The notes under the pieces: model-generated | What the model saw: only the letters and a program-made list of their open reading frames with translations | What the model was told of the DNA's origin: nothing | The model's database searches: none | Part shown: piece by piece, positions 18,819-28,883 of the stretch | How the letters are laid out: the number at the start of each line of letters is the position of its first letter | Numbering within the stretch: position 1 is the first letter of the stretch | From: an uncultured Thermus sp. | GTDB taxonomy: Bacteria; Deinococcota; Deinococci; Deinococcales; Thermaceae | Direction: 5' to 3' | NCBI GenBank assembly: GCA_947085095.1 | Contig: CAMTVD010000012.1 | Location: forward strand, 1 to 64,000 | Length of the DNA: 64,000 bases | Position numbers and translations under genes: made by a program

Positions 18819-21758
18819 GTGAAGATGAGCAAATGGCTCCATATCCTGGTCCTGGCCCTGGGCGCCGCCTTCGCCCAACCCCTCCAGGTGGCCATCCTGT
18901 GGCACCAGCACCAGCCCCCCTACGAAAACCCCGTCACCGGGCAGTACGAGGGGCCGTGGGTGCGCATGCACGGGACGAACAGCTACCCCTGGATGGCCGA
19001 GGTGCTCAAGGAGTTCCCGGAAATCAAGGTTACCTTTGACTACACCTCCACCCTCCTCAAGCAGATTGAGGACTACCTCTCGGGCAAGGCTAAGGACGCC
19101 TACTGGCGGGTCTCGGAAAAGCCCCTCAGGGAGCTCTCCCAGGAGGAGCGGGCCTTCATCGTGGACCGCTTCTTTGACATTAGCCCCCGCTTCGTGGAAA
19201 AAAGCCCCCGCTACAAGGAGCTCCAGGCCAAGAAAACCCGGGGCGAGGCCTTTGGCGACCAGGACCTGCAGGACCTCCGGGTGCTTTGGAACCTATACTG
19301 GATCAACATTGACTACATTGAACGGGACCCTGGCCTGAGGGCTCTCTACCGCAAGGACCGGGGCTTCACCCAGGAAGACCTGGCTTATGTGCTCAAGAAG
19401 CACCTGGAGCTCATGGCCACCATCCTGCCCCTGCACAAGGCGCTCTGGGAGCGGGGCCAGATTGACCTGATCACCACCCCCTACTACCACCCCATCCTGC
19501 CCATCCTGATAGACAAGGGGGCCATCCGCGAGTCCAACCCCGCCCTGGCCCTGCCCAAGGAGGAAATCGCCTGGCCGGAGGACGCCGCCTGGCAGGTGCG
19601 GGCCGGACGGGACTACTTCCAGAAGCTCTTCGGCAAGGCCCCCAAGGGGATGTGGCCCCCCGAGGGCGCCGTGAGCCAGAAGGCCGCCGAGCTCTATGCG
19701 GAAGCGGGCATCGGCTTCCTGGTGACGGACGAGGCCATCCTGGGCAAAAGCGGCTTCCCCGTGAACCCCGCCACCCTCACCCGGCTTTACCGGGTAGAGA
19801 AAAACGGCAAGCGGGTGGTCCTCTTTTTCCGGCACCGGGACCTCTCGGACCGCATCGGCTTCAGCTACAGCCAGATGCCCGCCGAGCGGGCGGCGGAGGA
19901 CTTCATCGCCGCCCTTTTGGAGATCCGCCGCCAGGTGATCGGCCAGAACCCCAACGCCGTGCTCACCATCGCCCTGGACGGGGAGAACGCCTGGGAGCAC
20001 TACCCGAATAACGGCAACGATTTCCGCCGCCTCCTCTACCAGCGCCTGACCGAGGAGCAACGGAAAGGCACCCTGAAGACGGTGCTTTTCTCCGAGGTGG
20101 TGAACCTCCCCACCCTCCCCATCGCCAGGCTGGGCACCGGGGGCTGGGCCGGGGACTTCGCCATGTGGGCCGGGGAGCCGGAGGAAAACGAGGCCTGGGA
20201 CCGCCTGAGCCGGGCCCGACAAGCGGTCTTGGCCTACCGGGCCCAAGGCGGGGACCCCCGGGTGGTGGAAAAGGCCATGGGGCTCATCTACGCCGCCCAG
20301 GCCTCCGACTGGTTCTGGTGGTACGGCCAGGACACCGGCTTCCCCAACCACCCCCCCTTTGACGAGGCCTTCCGCGCCATCCTCCAGGCGGTCTACCAGA
20401 CCCTGGGGCAGAAAGCCCCCGAGGAGCTCTACATCGCTGTCCGCCCCCCCGTGCAACCGCAAGGCACCCCTGGACGGGTGAAGCCCACCCTGGACGGCCG
20501 GGCCGAGGCCGAGGAGTGGAAGGGGGCCGCCTACCTCCCCGACCCCGACGGCACCACCATGCAGACTCCAGACGACCTCATCAAGGGCCTCCACCTGGGG
20601 TTTGACGAGCAGAACGTCTACCTCAGGGTGGACCTGCGGGACGGGGTCAGGGCCCGCGACCTGGTGGGCCAGGGGTACCGCCTGCACGTCTACGCCACCA
20701 CCCCAAGGGAGGAGGGCGGGGCGGCTTTCCCCGAGGGCGGGGAGGCTTCCCTAGGCTTCCCCCTGCAGCAGCGGGTCACCCTGGACTTCAACCAGGTCCG
20801 GGAGGGGCAGGTGGTGCTGGTGCGCTACGCCTACCGGGAGGGGGCCTGGGTCCTGGCCAGCTCCCCCGCGGACCTGGCGGGCAGGCGCGCCTTCCTGGAG
20901 CAGGCGGTGGAGATGCGCATCCCCTACACCACCCTGCGGGCAGATGCGGGGGACGTCCTCCGCCTGGCGGTGGTCCTGGAGAGGGAGGGGCGCATCCTGG
21001 ACACCGCTCCCAACGGCAACCCCCTGGCCCTGGCCCTGCCCCAGCGCCTGGCGGGGAAGGAGGTGCTGGTGGTCAAGGACCCCGAGGGGGACGAGCACGG
21101 CCCCGGCACCTACACCTACCCCAAGGAGAACGCCTTCGCCCCCTTCCAGGGCCTCTTTGACCTCCTGGAGATGCGCCTCCTGGACGGCGGGGCCACCTGG
21201 ACCTTCGTCTTCACCTTCAAGGAGATGACCAACCCCTGGGGGGCGCCCGCGGGCTTCAGCCACCAGCTCATCAACGTCTACGTGGACTTCAAAGAAGGCG
21301 GCAAGACGGAGACCTTCGCCAAAGGGGCCAAGGTGGCCTTTGACCCCGGGCACCCCTGGGACCTCTTCCTCAAGGCGGCGGGCTGGCCCCAGTACGGCCA
21401 GCGGGTGGGCTTCCCCGACGGCACCGACACCGCGGACGGGGTGGTGGTGTCCAGCAACCCCGCGGACAAGCAGGTCATCCTCCAGGTGGACAAGAAGTAC
21501 TTCAACCCCACCCCCGGGCAAAGGGTCTGTTTCTACGTGCTGGTGGGAAGCCAGGACGGCTTCGGACCCGACCACTTCCGCCCCGTGGGCAGGGAGGCGG
21601 GCCCCTGGAACCTGGGTGGGGCGGGGAACGAGGACGCCCCCCTGGTGGTGGACTACCTCTGGCCAGAAAAGGGGGTCCAGGAGGCCATGCTCTCCCAGTA
21701 CGGGAACGGGAAGCACGCCGTCCTCAGGCCCTACTGTCTGAACTGGCCCGCTCCCTAG
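18819..21758 (+). CDS. Secreted GH57 amylopullulanase with DOMON-like glucodextranase C-terminal domains
   Basis: Signal peptide; [53 protein letters not shown]. Confidence 0.9.
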   Translation: MKMSKWLHILVLALGAAFAQPLQVAILWHQHQPPYENPVTGQYEGPWVRMHGTNSYPWMAEVLKEFPEIKVTFDYTSTLLKQIEDYLSGKAKDAYWRVSEKPLRELSQEERAFIVDRFFDISPRFVEKSPRYKELQAKKTRGEAFGDQDLQDLRVLWNLYWINIDYIERDPGLRALYRKDRGFTQEDLAYVLKKHLELMATILPLHKALWERGQIDLITTPYYHPILPILIDKGAIRESNPALALPKEEIAWPEDAAWQVRAGRDYFQKLFGKAPKGMWPPEGAVSQKAAELYAEAGIGFLVTDEAILGKSGFPVNPATLTRLYRVEKNGKRVVLFFRHRDLSDRIGFSYSQMPAERAAEDFIAALLEIRRQVIGQNPNAVLTIALDGENAWEHYPNNGNDFRRLLYQRLTEEQRKGTLKTVLFSEVVNLPTLPIARLGTGGWAGDFAMWAGEPEENEAWDRLSRARQAVLAYRAQGGDPRVVEKAMGLIYAAQASDWFWWYGQDTGFPNHPPFDEAFRAILQAVYQTLGQKAPEELYIAVRPPVQPQGTPGRVKPTLDGRAEAEEWKGAAYLPDPDGTTMQTPDDLIKGLHLGFDEQNVYLRVDLRDGVRARDLVGQGYRLHVYATTPREEGGAAFPEGGEASLGFPLQQRVTLDFNQVREGQVVLVRYAYREGAWVLASSPADLAGRRAFLEQAVEMRIPYTTLRADAGDVLRLAVVLEREGRILDTAPNGNPLALALPQRLAGKEVLVVKDPEGDEHGPGTYTYPKENAFAPFQGLFDLLEMRLLDGGATWTFVFTFKEMTNPWGAPAGFSHQLINVYVDFKEGGKTETFAKGAKVAFDPGHPWDLFLKAAGWPQYGQRVGFPDGTDTADGVVVSSNPADKQVILQVDKKYFNPTPGQRVCFYVLVGSQDGFGPDHFRPVGREAGPWNLGGAGNEDAPLVVDYLWPEKGVQEAMLSQYGNGKHAVLRPYCLNWPAP

Positions 21759-21812
21759 ACAAGGCCATAAGGCCGTCTACCCCGGGACGCTCTCCCGGGG
21801 TAGACTTTGGGC

Positions 21813-22475
21813 ATGGATCAGGGTTTGGAGACCGCCTTCAAATATTTAGAGCGGCTCCTCTACGGGGATGCAAACCGCCCCGGCCTCACCATTTACGATT
21901 TGGAGCGCCTGGTGGGCTATCCCGCCCGGGGGGAGGGGCCCTTGGCCTACACCCTGCCCCGCACCCAGGCCCTTTCCGGGGTGCAGGCGGTGCGCCTCTA
22001 CTACTACCCCAAGGATCCCGGGCTACAGCTGATCGTGGAGGTGGAGGACCGGGAAGGGAAAAAGCACCTGCGCCACTTCCGCTGGAACGGCTTCACCTGG
22101 GAGGTGCCCGAGGGGAAGCGGGGGGACCTGAAGAGCACCGAGGAAAGCCTGGGGCTCGTCAAAGTGGGGGAGGACTACTTCCTGGGCTTTCCCCGGGAGG
22201 AGGCCTTGGAGCTGGAGCAGGGGGTGCGGAAGGGGGAGGCCCTGGGAACCAAGTACCTCCTCTGCCCCCGGTGCGGCACCCGGGTCTTCTACGCCCCCTC
22301 GGTGCGGCCCGAAGGGATCTCCTGCCCCAAGTGCGGCAACCCCACCCTCCTTTTCAAAACCCTTTCCGGCCTCGAGCCCAAGGACCCCCTCGAGGCCCTA
22401 GCGGAGGAACAGCGAGCCCTCCGCAAGGCCCTGGAGGAGCTTCTGGCCTACCTGAAGCGGAAGCTGGGTCCCTAG
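21813..22475 (+). CDS. Hypothetical protein with zinc ribbon and C-terminal coiled coil
   Basis: CPRCG-x15-CPKCG; TAGACT -10 lies 6 nt before ATG. Confidence 0.75.
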   Translation: MDQGLETAFKYLERLLYGDANRPGLTIYDLERLVGYPARGEGPLAYTLPRTQALSGVQAVRLYYYPKDPGLQLIVEVEDREGKKHLRHFRWNGFTWEVPEGKRGDLKSTEESLGLVKVGEDYFLGFPREEALELEQGVRKGEALGTKYLLCPRCGTRVFYAPSVRPEGISCPKCGNPTLLFKTLSGLEPKDPLEALAEEQRALRKALEELLAYLKRKLGP

Positions 22476-22942
22476 ACCCGCACCCCTTCCTCCCCCCAGC
22501 CGGAATAGGCGTAAAACCGGCCCCGCTCCCCCCGGAGGTAGTCCAAAAGGGGCTCCTGCAGGGGCCGGTGGCTGGCCAGTTTGACCGCCACCTCCTCCAG
22601 GGTGAAGAAGCGGGCCTCCACGATGTGGCCGTCGGGATCCCGGGGATTCAGAAGCCCCTCGTAACCGGCCCTAAAGGCCATGGCCAGGGTGCGCTCGTTC
22701 TTGCGGCGGTCCTCCACCTGGATCACGTAGGCCAGGTGCTCAATGGCCTTCACCCTTAGGCCTGTCTCCTCCCGCACCTCCCGCACCAAGGCCTCCAAGA
22801 CCGTCTCCCCTGGCTCCACCGTCCCCCCGGGAAGGGTGTAGCGCACCTGGCCCCGGCGGCCCCAGTCGTTGCCCACCAGGAGGACCCGCCCCTGACGGTC
22901 CAGGAGGATGGCCGCCACCACCAGGATCTCGCGGCGCATCAC
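22472..22942 (-). CDS. Nudix hydrolase
   Basis: GGTVEPGETVLEALVREVREETGL Nudix box. Confidence 0.92.
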   Translation of the reverse strand: MMRREILVVAAILLDRQGRVLLVGNDWGRRGQVRYTLPGGTVEPGETVLEALVREVREETGLRVKAIEHLAYVIQVEDRRKNERTLAMAFRAGYEGLLNPRDPDGHIVEARFFTLEEVAVKLASHRPLQEPLLDYLRGERGRFYAYSGWGEEGVRV

Positions 22943-24003
22943 GCTTCCGTCATGGCCTCCAGCTGGCGCTCCTGGTCGGCCCGCTTGAGGGCCTCCAGAA
23001 GGGGCTGGAGCCTTCCCGAGAGGACGCCCTCGAGGTCGTGGGTGGTGAAGCCGATGCGGTGGTCCGTGACCCGGGACTGGGGGAAGTTGTAGGTGCGGAT
23101 CTTCTCCGAGCGCTCCCCGGTGCCGATCTGGGCCAGGCGGGTCTGGCGGAGCTTTTCCGCCTCCTCGGCCCGCTTCATCTCCAGGAGGCGGCTTCTTAGG
23201 ATCATCAGGGCCTTCTCCCGGTTCTTGATCTGGCTCCTTGAGTCCTGGCAGGTGACCATGATGCCCGTGGGCAGGTGGACCACCCGCACCGCCGAGTCCG
23301 TGGTGTTCACCCCCTGCCCCCCCGGCCCCGAGGCCCGCATCACGTCAATGCGGACCTCGTCCATGTTGAGCTGGAAGTCGGCCTCCTCCGCCTTGGGCAG
23401 GACGGCCACCGTGGCCGTGGAGGTGTGGATGCGCCCCTGGGTTTCCGTGGCGGGGACCCGCTGCACCCGATGGACCCCGCTCTCGTACTTGAAGGTGCCG
23501 TAGGCTCCTGGGCCCCGCACCTCAAAGACCACCTTGGAAAAGCCCCCCAGGTCCGTGGGGTTGGAGTCCAGGATCTCGGTTTCCAGCCCCATCTCCTCGG
23601 CGAAGCGCAGGTACATCTCCAAGAGGTCGCGGGCGAAGAGGGCCGCCTCCTCCCCCCCGGTCCCGGCGCGGATCTCCACGATGGCGTCCCGCTCGTCCAT
23701 GGGGTCTTTGGGCAGGAGGTGGCGCTCAAGCTCCCGTTCCAGCGCCCCCTTGCGGACCAAAAGCTCCTCCTTTTCCGCCTTGGCCACCTCGCGGAGCTCG
23801 GGGTCCTCGAGGAGGCTCTCCGCCTGCTCCAGGTCCTGGAGCACCTTGCGGTACTCCCGGATGAGGGCGATGATCTCCCCCATCTCCGCGTAGCGCCGGG
23901 AAAGGGTCTGGTAGCGCTTCTGGTCCTTGAGGACCTCGGGATCAGCAAGAAGCGCTTCCAGCTCCCGGTACTCCTCCTCCAAGCGTGCGAGCTTATCCAG
24001 CAT
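22939..24003 (-). CDS. prfA: Peptide chain release factor 1
   Basis: PAT recognition loop (VQRVPATE), GPGGQGVNTTDSA, RSEKIRTYNFPQ. Confidence 0.97.
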   Translation of the reverse strand: MLDKLARLEEEYRELEALLADPEVLKDQKRYQTLSRRYAEMGEIIALIREYRKVLQDLEQAESLLEDPELREVAKAEKEELLVRKGALERELERHLLPKDPMDERDAIVEIRAGTGGEEAALFARDLLEMYLRFAEEMGLETEILDSNPTDLGGFSKVVFEVRGPGAYGTFKYESGVHRVQRVPATETQGRIHTSTATVAVLPKAEEADFQLNMDEVRIDVMRASGPGGQGVNTTDSAVRVVHLPTGIMVTCQDSRSQIKNREKALMILRSRLLEMKRAEEAEKLRQTRLAQIGTGERSEKIRTYNFPQSRVTDHRIGFTTHDLEGVLSGRLQPLLEALKRADQERQLEAMTEA

Positions 24004-24032
24004 ACCTGATTCCAGGATACCCCATATGGGGC

Positions 24033-24061
24033 TTGACAGGAGGTTTAGGTATACCTAAAAT
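24033..24061 (+). promoter_or_regulatory. ZIP transporter promoter with DtxR/MntR-type operator
   Basis: TTGACA (24033-24038), 17 bp spacer, TAAAAT (24056-24061); perfect palindrome TTTAGGTATACCTAAA at 24044-24059. Confidence 0.85.
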
Positions 24062-24068
24062 TCCCCTT

Positions 24069-24866
24069 GTGGAAGGTCCCCTGTTCTACGCCCTCCTAGG
24101 CGGCCTCTTTACCTGGGGGCTCACCGCGGTGGGGGCAGCCAGCGTCTTCCTCGCCCGGGAGCCCAGCCGCAAGCTCCTGGACGGGATGCTGGGCTTCGCC
24201 GCCGGGGTGATGCTGGCGGCCAGCGTCTTCTCCCTCCTCGTCCCCGGCATGGAGATGGCCGAGGCCCAGGGCATGAACCCTTGGGTCCCCGCCGTGGTGG
24301 GCTTTCTGGCGGGAGGGGCCCTCCTCCGGCTTCTGGACCGCCTCCTGCCCCACCTGCACCTGGGCTTCCCCATGGAGGCGCGGGAAGGGATCCCCACCCC
24401 TTGGCGGCGCACCACCTTGCTCATCCTGGCCATCACCCTGCACAACTTCCCCGAGGGGCTGGCGGTGGGGGTGGCCTTTGGCGCGGCTGGCCTGGACCCC
24501 ACGGGAGCAGCCACCCTGGGGGGGGCCATCGCCCTGGCCCTAGGCCTCGGCCTGCAGAACCTACCCGAGGGCCTGGCCGTGGCCTGGCCCCTGAGGCGGG
24601 CCGGAGTAGGGGCGGGCCTGGCCTGGTTCTACGGTCAGCTCTCGGCCATCGTGGAACCCATCGGGGCGGTCCTGGGAGCGCTTTTGGTCCAGGAGATGCT
24701 GGCCCTTCTCCCCTACCTCATGGCCCTGGCGGCGGGGGCCATGGTCTTCGTGATCGTGGAGGAGGTCATCCCCGAAAGCCAGCGGGAAGGCAACGGGGAC
24801 ATCTCCACCTTCGGGGTGATGACGGGCTTCGCCCTGATGATGGCCCTGGACGTGGCCCTGGGCTAG
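24069..24866 (+). CDS. ZIP (GufA/ZupT) family divalent metal transporter
   Basis: GFAAGVMLAAS, LHNFPEG, QNLPEG, EEVIPES; probable leaderless GTG start. Confidence 0.9.
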   Translation: MEGPLFYALLGGLFTWGLTAVGAASVFLAREPSRKLLDGMLGFAAGVMLAASVFSLLVPGMEMAEAQGMNPWVPAVVGFLAGGALLRLLDRLLPHLHLGFPMEAREGIPTPWRRTTLLILAITLHNFPEGLAVGVAFGAAGLDPTGAATLGGAIALALGLGLQNLPEGLAVAWPLRRAGVGAGLAWFYGQLSAIVEPIGAVLGALLVQEMLALLPYLMALAAGAMVFVIVEEVIPESQREGNGDISTFGVMTGFALMMALDVALG

Positions 24867-25198
24867 GCCCCCCTGCCCTTGCCCCAGCGCTCCCTGAGGA
24901 GGTGGGCGGCCTCCTCGGCCTTGAGCTTGGCGGTTTCCGCCGCCTTCTTGGCCAGCTCAGAAACCTCCTTCAGCTTGTCGGGAATGCCGTCCTTGTCCTG
25001 GTCCAGCTCTGCCAGGCGGCTTTTGGCCTCCTTTAGGGCCTTTTCCGCCTCCTCAAGGGCCTTCTCCACCACATCGGGACGCCCGTCCTTGTTCTGGTCC
25101 AACTTTTCCCTAAGCTCCTCTAAGCGCTTCTCCGCCTCCTGGGCCACCGACCTGGCCGCCTCCTTGGCCTTCTCCAAAAGCCCCTTGAAATCCATCAT
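24863..25198 (-). CDS. Helical hypothetical protein with two DxDxDG loops
   Basis: LDQNKDGRPD and LDQDKDGIPD in repeated amphipathic helices. Confidence 0.75.
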   Translation of the reverse strand: MMDFKGLLEKAKEAARSVAQEAEKRLEELREKLDQNKDGRPDVVEKALEEAEKALKEAKSRLAELDQDKDGIPDKLKEVSELAKKAAETAKLKAEEAAHLLRERWGKGRGA

Positions 25199-25207
25199 GT
25201 TTTTATT

Positions 25208-25810
25208 CTACAGGAGGGCCCGCAGGTCCGCCACCACCTTGGAGAGGTACCCCGGATTCTGGGCGAAGTTCAGCTTTTCTGGGCTCAGGAGGAGGACCAG
25301 CTTCCCCCCTTGGACCACAAAGGTGGTGGCCGTGTGGTCCACCAGGTACTCCCCGGGGCCCCGGTACTGGCTCTTTTGGTAGTAGACCCCAAAGGCGCGG
25401 GCCACCTCCTGGATGGTTTCCGGAGCCCCCGTAACTCCCAGAAAGTCGGGGTTAAAGGCTTTGGCGTACTGGTCGGCGATCTCAGGGGTGTCCCGCTCGG
25501 GGTCCACGCTGATGAAGATCACCTGGACCCGTTTCCTCTCCTCGGGGGAAAGCCCCTCGTAGGCCTGTTTGAGAGCCAGCATGGTGGTGGGGCAGACGTC
25601 GGGGCAGTGCACGAACCCGAAGAAGATGAGGACCAGCTTGTCCTGGAAATCCGAAAGGCGCACGGAGCCCCCCGGGCCTTCCAGGGTGAAGTCCACAGGC
25701 TTTGGGTTCAAAAGGCGGGTGCCGAAAAAGCTGTGGGAGCCCTTAGGGACGAGGAGGTAGCCGAGGCCCAAAAGGGCCAGGAGGATAAGGATGGGCAAAA
25801 AGCGCTTCAT
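25208..25810 (-). CDS. SCO1/SenC family copper protein
   Basis: FGFVHCPDVCP, SVDPERD, DH motif; N-terminal TM. Confidence 0.93.
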   Translation of the reverse strand: MKRFLPILILLALLGLGYLLVPKGSHSFFGTRLLNPKPVDFTLEGPGGSVRLSDFQDKLVLIFFGFVHCPDVCPTTMLALKQAYEGLSPEERKRVQVIFISVDPERDTPEIADQYAKAFNPDFLGVTGAPETIQEVARAFGVYYQKSQYRGPGEYLVDHTATTFVVQGGKLVLLLSPEKLNFAQNPGYLSKVVADLRALL

Positions 25811-26226
25811 CGCATCTCCACAGGCAGGATCACCTTGAGTTTCCCGCCCCCTTGGAAGAGGAGGGTGATCTCCACCTTCTCCCCCGCCTTCAGGGGCCGC
25901 TTCAGGCCCTCCAGCATGAGGTGGTAGCCCCCGGGCGCAAAGACCACCTTACCCCCCGGGGGAATCTCCACCTGGGGCAGGGGGCGCATGCCCAGCACCG
26001 TGTGCCCCCCCCTCTGCTCCCGGTGGTCCCGGTGGAGGGAAACCCGCTCCGCCAGGGGCGATTCTGCCCCCACAAGCCTCAGGGGAGTCTTGGCCCGGTT
26101 CTCCAGGGTGAGGTAGGCGGCGGTGTCCCGCACCACGGGGGGGACCAGGCGCACCCAGCCGGGCACCGCCACCACCTGGGCCAGGGCGGGCAGGGCCAGG
26201 AGGGTAAGGGCTAAAAGCCGCTTCAC
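25807..26226 (-). CDS. Periplasmic copper chaperone PCu(A)C
   Basis: Signal peptide; TAAYLTLEN, H..GM, PGGYHLML. Confidence 0.92.
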   Translation of the reverse strand: MKRLLALTLLALPALAQVVAVPGWVRLVPPVVRDTAAYLTLENRAKTPLRLVGAESPLAERVSLHRDHREQRGGHTVLGMRPLPQVEIPPGGKVVFAPGGYHLMLEGLKRPLKAGEKVEITLLFQGGGKLKVILPVEMR

Positions 26227-26250
26227 ACGTACCAGTCTACGGGGGTTTAC

Positions 26251-26310
26251 GGGACAAATGTACTTGTGCCCCAAGGCCCCAAGGCGGGGCCGCAAAAGTA
26301 CAAATGTCCC
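26251..26310. promoter_or_regulatory. Paired operator-like boxes in the divergent pcuAC / nosD-like intergenic region
   Basis: GGGACAAATGTACTT (26251-26265) and AAGTACAAATGTCCC (26296-26310) form a near-perfect inverted pair. Confidence 0.65.
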
Positions 26311-26336
26311 CACCCCCTTCCCTACCCTGAGGGCGT

Positions 26337-27548
26337 ATGCACCCCTTGGGCCTCCTGCCCTTTTTGGGCCTGGCCCTGGCCGTCCCGGTCCTGAGGCTAT
26401 CCGGCGAGGTCAAGGGCCCCCTGGTGCTCACCACCCCGGGCCTGGTGGTGGAGGGGGAGGGAGCAGTCCTTCGGGGAACGAGGGGGCACACCCTGAGCCT
26501 CCTGGCCCCGGGGATCCAGGTTAGGGGCCTAAGGGTGGTGGGGGCGGGGCCGGGGGAGGACTTTTTTGAGCCCGACGCTGCCATCTACCTCAGGGGGTGT
26601 GGGGCCTGCGTCTTAGAAAACGTGGAAGTGGTGGGGGCCCCCACGGCGGTGCGGGTGGAGGACTCCTCCAAGGCCCTGGTGCGGGGCCTAAGGGCCTGGG
26701 GCCTGGGCCACTCCCCCGGAGTCCTGGTCTACCGGAGCCCGGAGGCGGCGGTGGAGGAAAGCCATCTCGCGGGCTACATGGACGCCATCTACGTGGAGTA
26801 CAGCCCCGGCATGGCCATCCGGGGGAACCTCTTGGAGGCCAACGGACGCTATGGCTTCCACGTGATGTTCTCCTGGGGGGTGCGGGTGGAGGAAAACGTG
26901 AGCCGGGAAAACGCCGTGGGCAACGCCCTCATGCACGGAGCAGGGAACCGGGTGGCCGGCAATCTTCTTCTGGGTCACACAACCCCTATCGGCTATGGCC
27001 TTCTGGTCCAGGATGAGCGGGAAACGGAGGTGGCGGCGAACACCTTTGGGGAGAACACCCTGGGCCTGGTCCTTATGGATGCCCAGGGGGTGCGGGTAGA
27101 GGGAAACCGTTTCCGGCAAAACGGCACCGCCCTCCGCATCACCCGGGAGCGGGGGAAAAACTCGGCTCAGGTGGTGGGAAACGCCTTTTTGGGCAACCTC
27201 TACGACCTCCTGGTGGACGACCCCGAGGCCAAGGCCAGGGTCCTCGGCAACGCCTACGACCGGGCCCCGGGCCTTCCCGTCCCCCACCTCCCCACCTCCA
27301 GCTTCGCCCTCCTCCTCGCCCGGCAGCCCGAGCTCTCCCTCTTCGCCCTCTCTCCCGGAGTGGTGCTCTGGGAGGGGGTGGAGGCCCAGGTGCCGGGCCT
27401 GAGGCTTTTGTCCCTGGCGGACCCCAGGCCCAAGCCCCTGCCCAGGGAAGGGGGGGCGCAGGCAGGTCCCATGCTCCTGGGCCTTTTAGGAGGTGTCCTG
27501 TGGTGGCGGTGGAGGCGTTGGTCAAGCGGGAGAGGCTTTCCGGGGTGA
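26337..27548 (+). CDS. nosD: NosD-like periplasmic right-handed beta-helix protein
   Basis: Signal peptide; DAIYVEYS, RYGFHVMFS, beta-helix repeats, C-terminal hydrophobic segment. Confidence 0.8.
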   Translation: MHPLGLLPFLGLALAVPVLRLSGEVKGPLVLTTPGLVVEGEGAVLRGTRGHTLSLLAPGIQVRGLRVVGAGPGEDFFEPDAAIYLRGCGACVLENVEVVGAPTAVRVEDSSKALVRGLRAWGLGHSPGVLVYRSPEAAVEESHLAGYMDAIYVEYSPGMAIRGNLLEANGRYGFHVMFSWGVRVEENVSRENAVGNALMHGAGNRVAGNLLLGHTTPIGYGLLVQDERETEVAANTFGENTLGLVLMDAQGVRVEGNRFRQNGTALRITRERGKNSAQVVGNAFLGNLYDLLVDDPEAKARVLGNAYDRAPGLPVPHLPTSSFALLLARQPELSLFALSPGVVLWEGVEAQVPGLRLLSLADPRPKPLPREGGAQAGPMLLGLLGGVLWWRWRRWSSGRGFPG

Positions 27549-28180
27549 GCCTCCGGGCAGAGGCGGGGGTGGTGGGGCTCTTCGGACCCAACGGGGCGGG
27601 GAAGAGCACCCTCCTCGCCATCCTGGCGGGGAGGCTAAGGGCTGATGGGGGGAAGGTCTCCCTCCTGGGCCACGGCCCAAGGGACCCCAGGGCCCTATCC
27701 CTCCGGGCCTACCTGCCCCAGAACCCCAGGCTCTTCCCCCACCTTAAGGCCCTCGAGGTCCTCAAAGGGGCCCAAAAGGCGAAGGGGCTGGAGCCAAGGG
27801 CTCTAGAGGAAGCCATCTGGCGCATGGGGCTTGAGGCCCTCTTACCCAAGCGGGTGGGGGAACTCTCCGGAGGGCAGGCGAAGCGCCTGGCCCTGGCCGC
27901 GGCCCTCATGGGGAACCCCCCCATCTGGCTCCTGGACGAGCCCACCGCCGCCCTGGACCCCAAGGGGCGGGAGCGGTTTTGGAGCTGGGTGAAGGCAAAG
28001 GGGGAAGGGGTGGCCCTGCTGGCCCTGCACGACCTGGAGGAGGCCGCCCTGGCCCAGCGGCTTTTTCTCCTCAAGGGGGGGAGGCTTCTGGAGGAAGGCC
28101 CCCCGGAAAGCGTCTTGGGCCCCAGGGGAGAGCGCCTCCCCTGGCTGATGGAGGTGGTGTATGGCGAAGACGCGGCGTGA
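27500..28180 (+). CDS. nosF: NosF-like ABC transporter ATPase
   Basis: GPNGAGKST, YLPQ, LSGGQ, LLDEPTAALD; RBS AGGAGG. Confidence 0.8.
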   Translation: MVAVEALVKRERLSGVSLRAEAGVVGLFGPNGAGKSTLLAILAGRLRADGGKVSLLGHGPRDPRALSLRAYLPQNPRLFPHLKALEVLKGAQKAKGLEPRALEEAIWRMGLEALLPKRVGELSGGQAKRLALAAALMGNPPIWLLDEPTAALDPKGRERFWSWVKAKGEGVALLALHDLEEAALAQRLFLLKGGRLLEEGPPESVLGPRGERLPWLMEVVYGEDAA

Positions 28181-28844
28181 GGTTCTGGCGGCTTTAGGCG
28201 GTTTGGTCCTCTCCAGCCCAGCCCTGGCCCAGATGGGGCACGGCCAGACGGGCATGTCCCCCGGGATGGGCAGGGACCTCATCCCCCCGAAGCCCATTCC
28301 CTGGGACACCGGCTCCTGCGCCTTCTGCGAGATGCCCCTCAAGACCCCCGAGGGGCAGTGGCGGGGGCGCACCTTCGCCAGGGGCTTCTTTGAGCAGACC
28401 TATAGCCAGATCGCCTTCCGGGAGCCTAGGCCTGCCCCCCACAACCCCAAGGAGATGGTGGAGGCCCTCCACTTTGAGAGCATCGCCTGCATGGTGAACT
28501 ACGCCTGGGTCCACGGCCTGAAGGACGGGGAAGGGACCACCTTCTACGTGACGGACCGGGGGAGCTACGACCCTAAAGAACCCCAGGGGAGCGTGCGCCT
28601 CATCCCCGCAAGGCGGGCCACCTTTTACTGGGGGGAGCGGATGATGGTGGTGATGAACGCCAGGCTCCTGGCCTTTGACAGCCCCGCCATGGCCCGGGCC
28701 TTCGCCGAGGCCCACAAGGCCCAGCACGGCCGGCAGAACTTCTTCACCTTCCAGACCCTCCTGGACCTCGCCCCCCTGCCCGAGATGAACCTGGTGGCCC
28801 TCCTGGCCCGGCACGCCGGGCTTTTGGAGGGGCACGGCCACTAG
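28161..28844 (+). CDS. NosL-like metal chaperone with Tat signal
   Basis: TRREVL Tat motif; CAFCEM; HFESIACM; Met-rich MMVVMN. Confidence 0.75.
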   Translation: MAKTRREVLAALGGLVLSSPALAQMGHGQTGMSPGMGRDLIPPKPIPWDTGSCAFCEMPLKTPEGQWRGRTFARGFFEQTYSQIAFREPRPAPHNPKEMVEALHFESIACMVNYAWVHGLKDGEGTTFYVTDRGSYDPKEPQGSVRLIPARRATFYWGERMMVVMNARLLAFDSPAMARAFAEAHKAQHGRQNFFTFQTLLDLAPLPEMNLVALLARHAGLLEGHGH

Positions 28845-28883
28845 GGCCTTCCCCCAAGGCCCCGCCGCCTCTAAGGTAGACCC

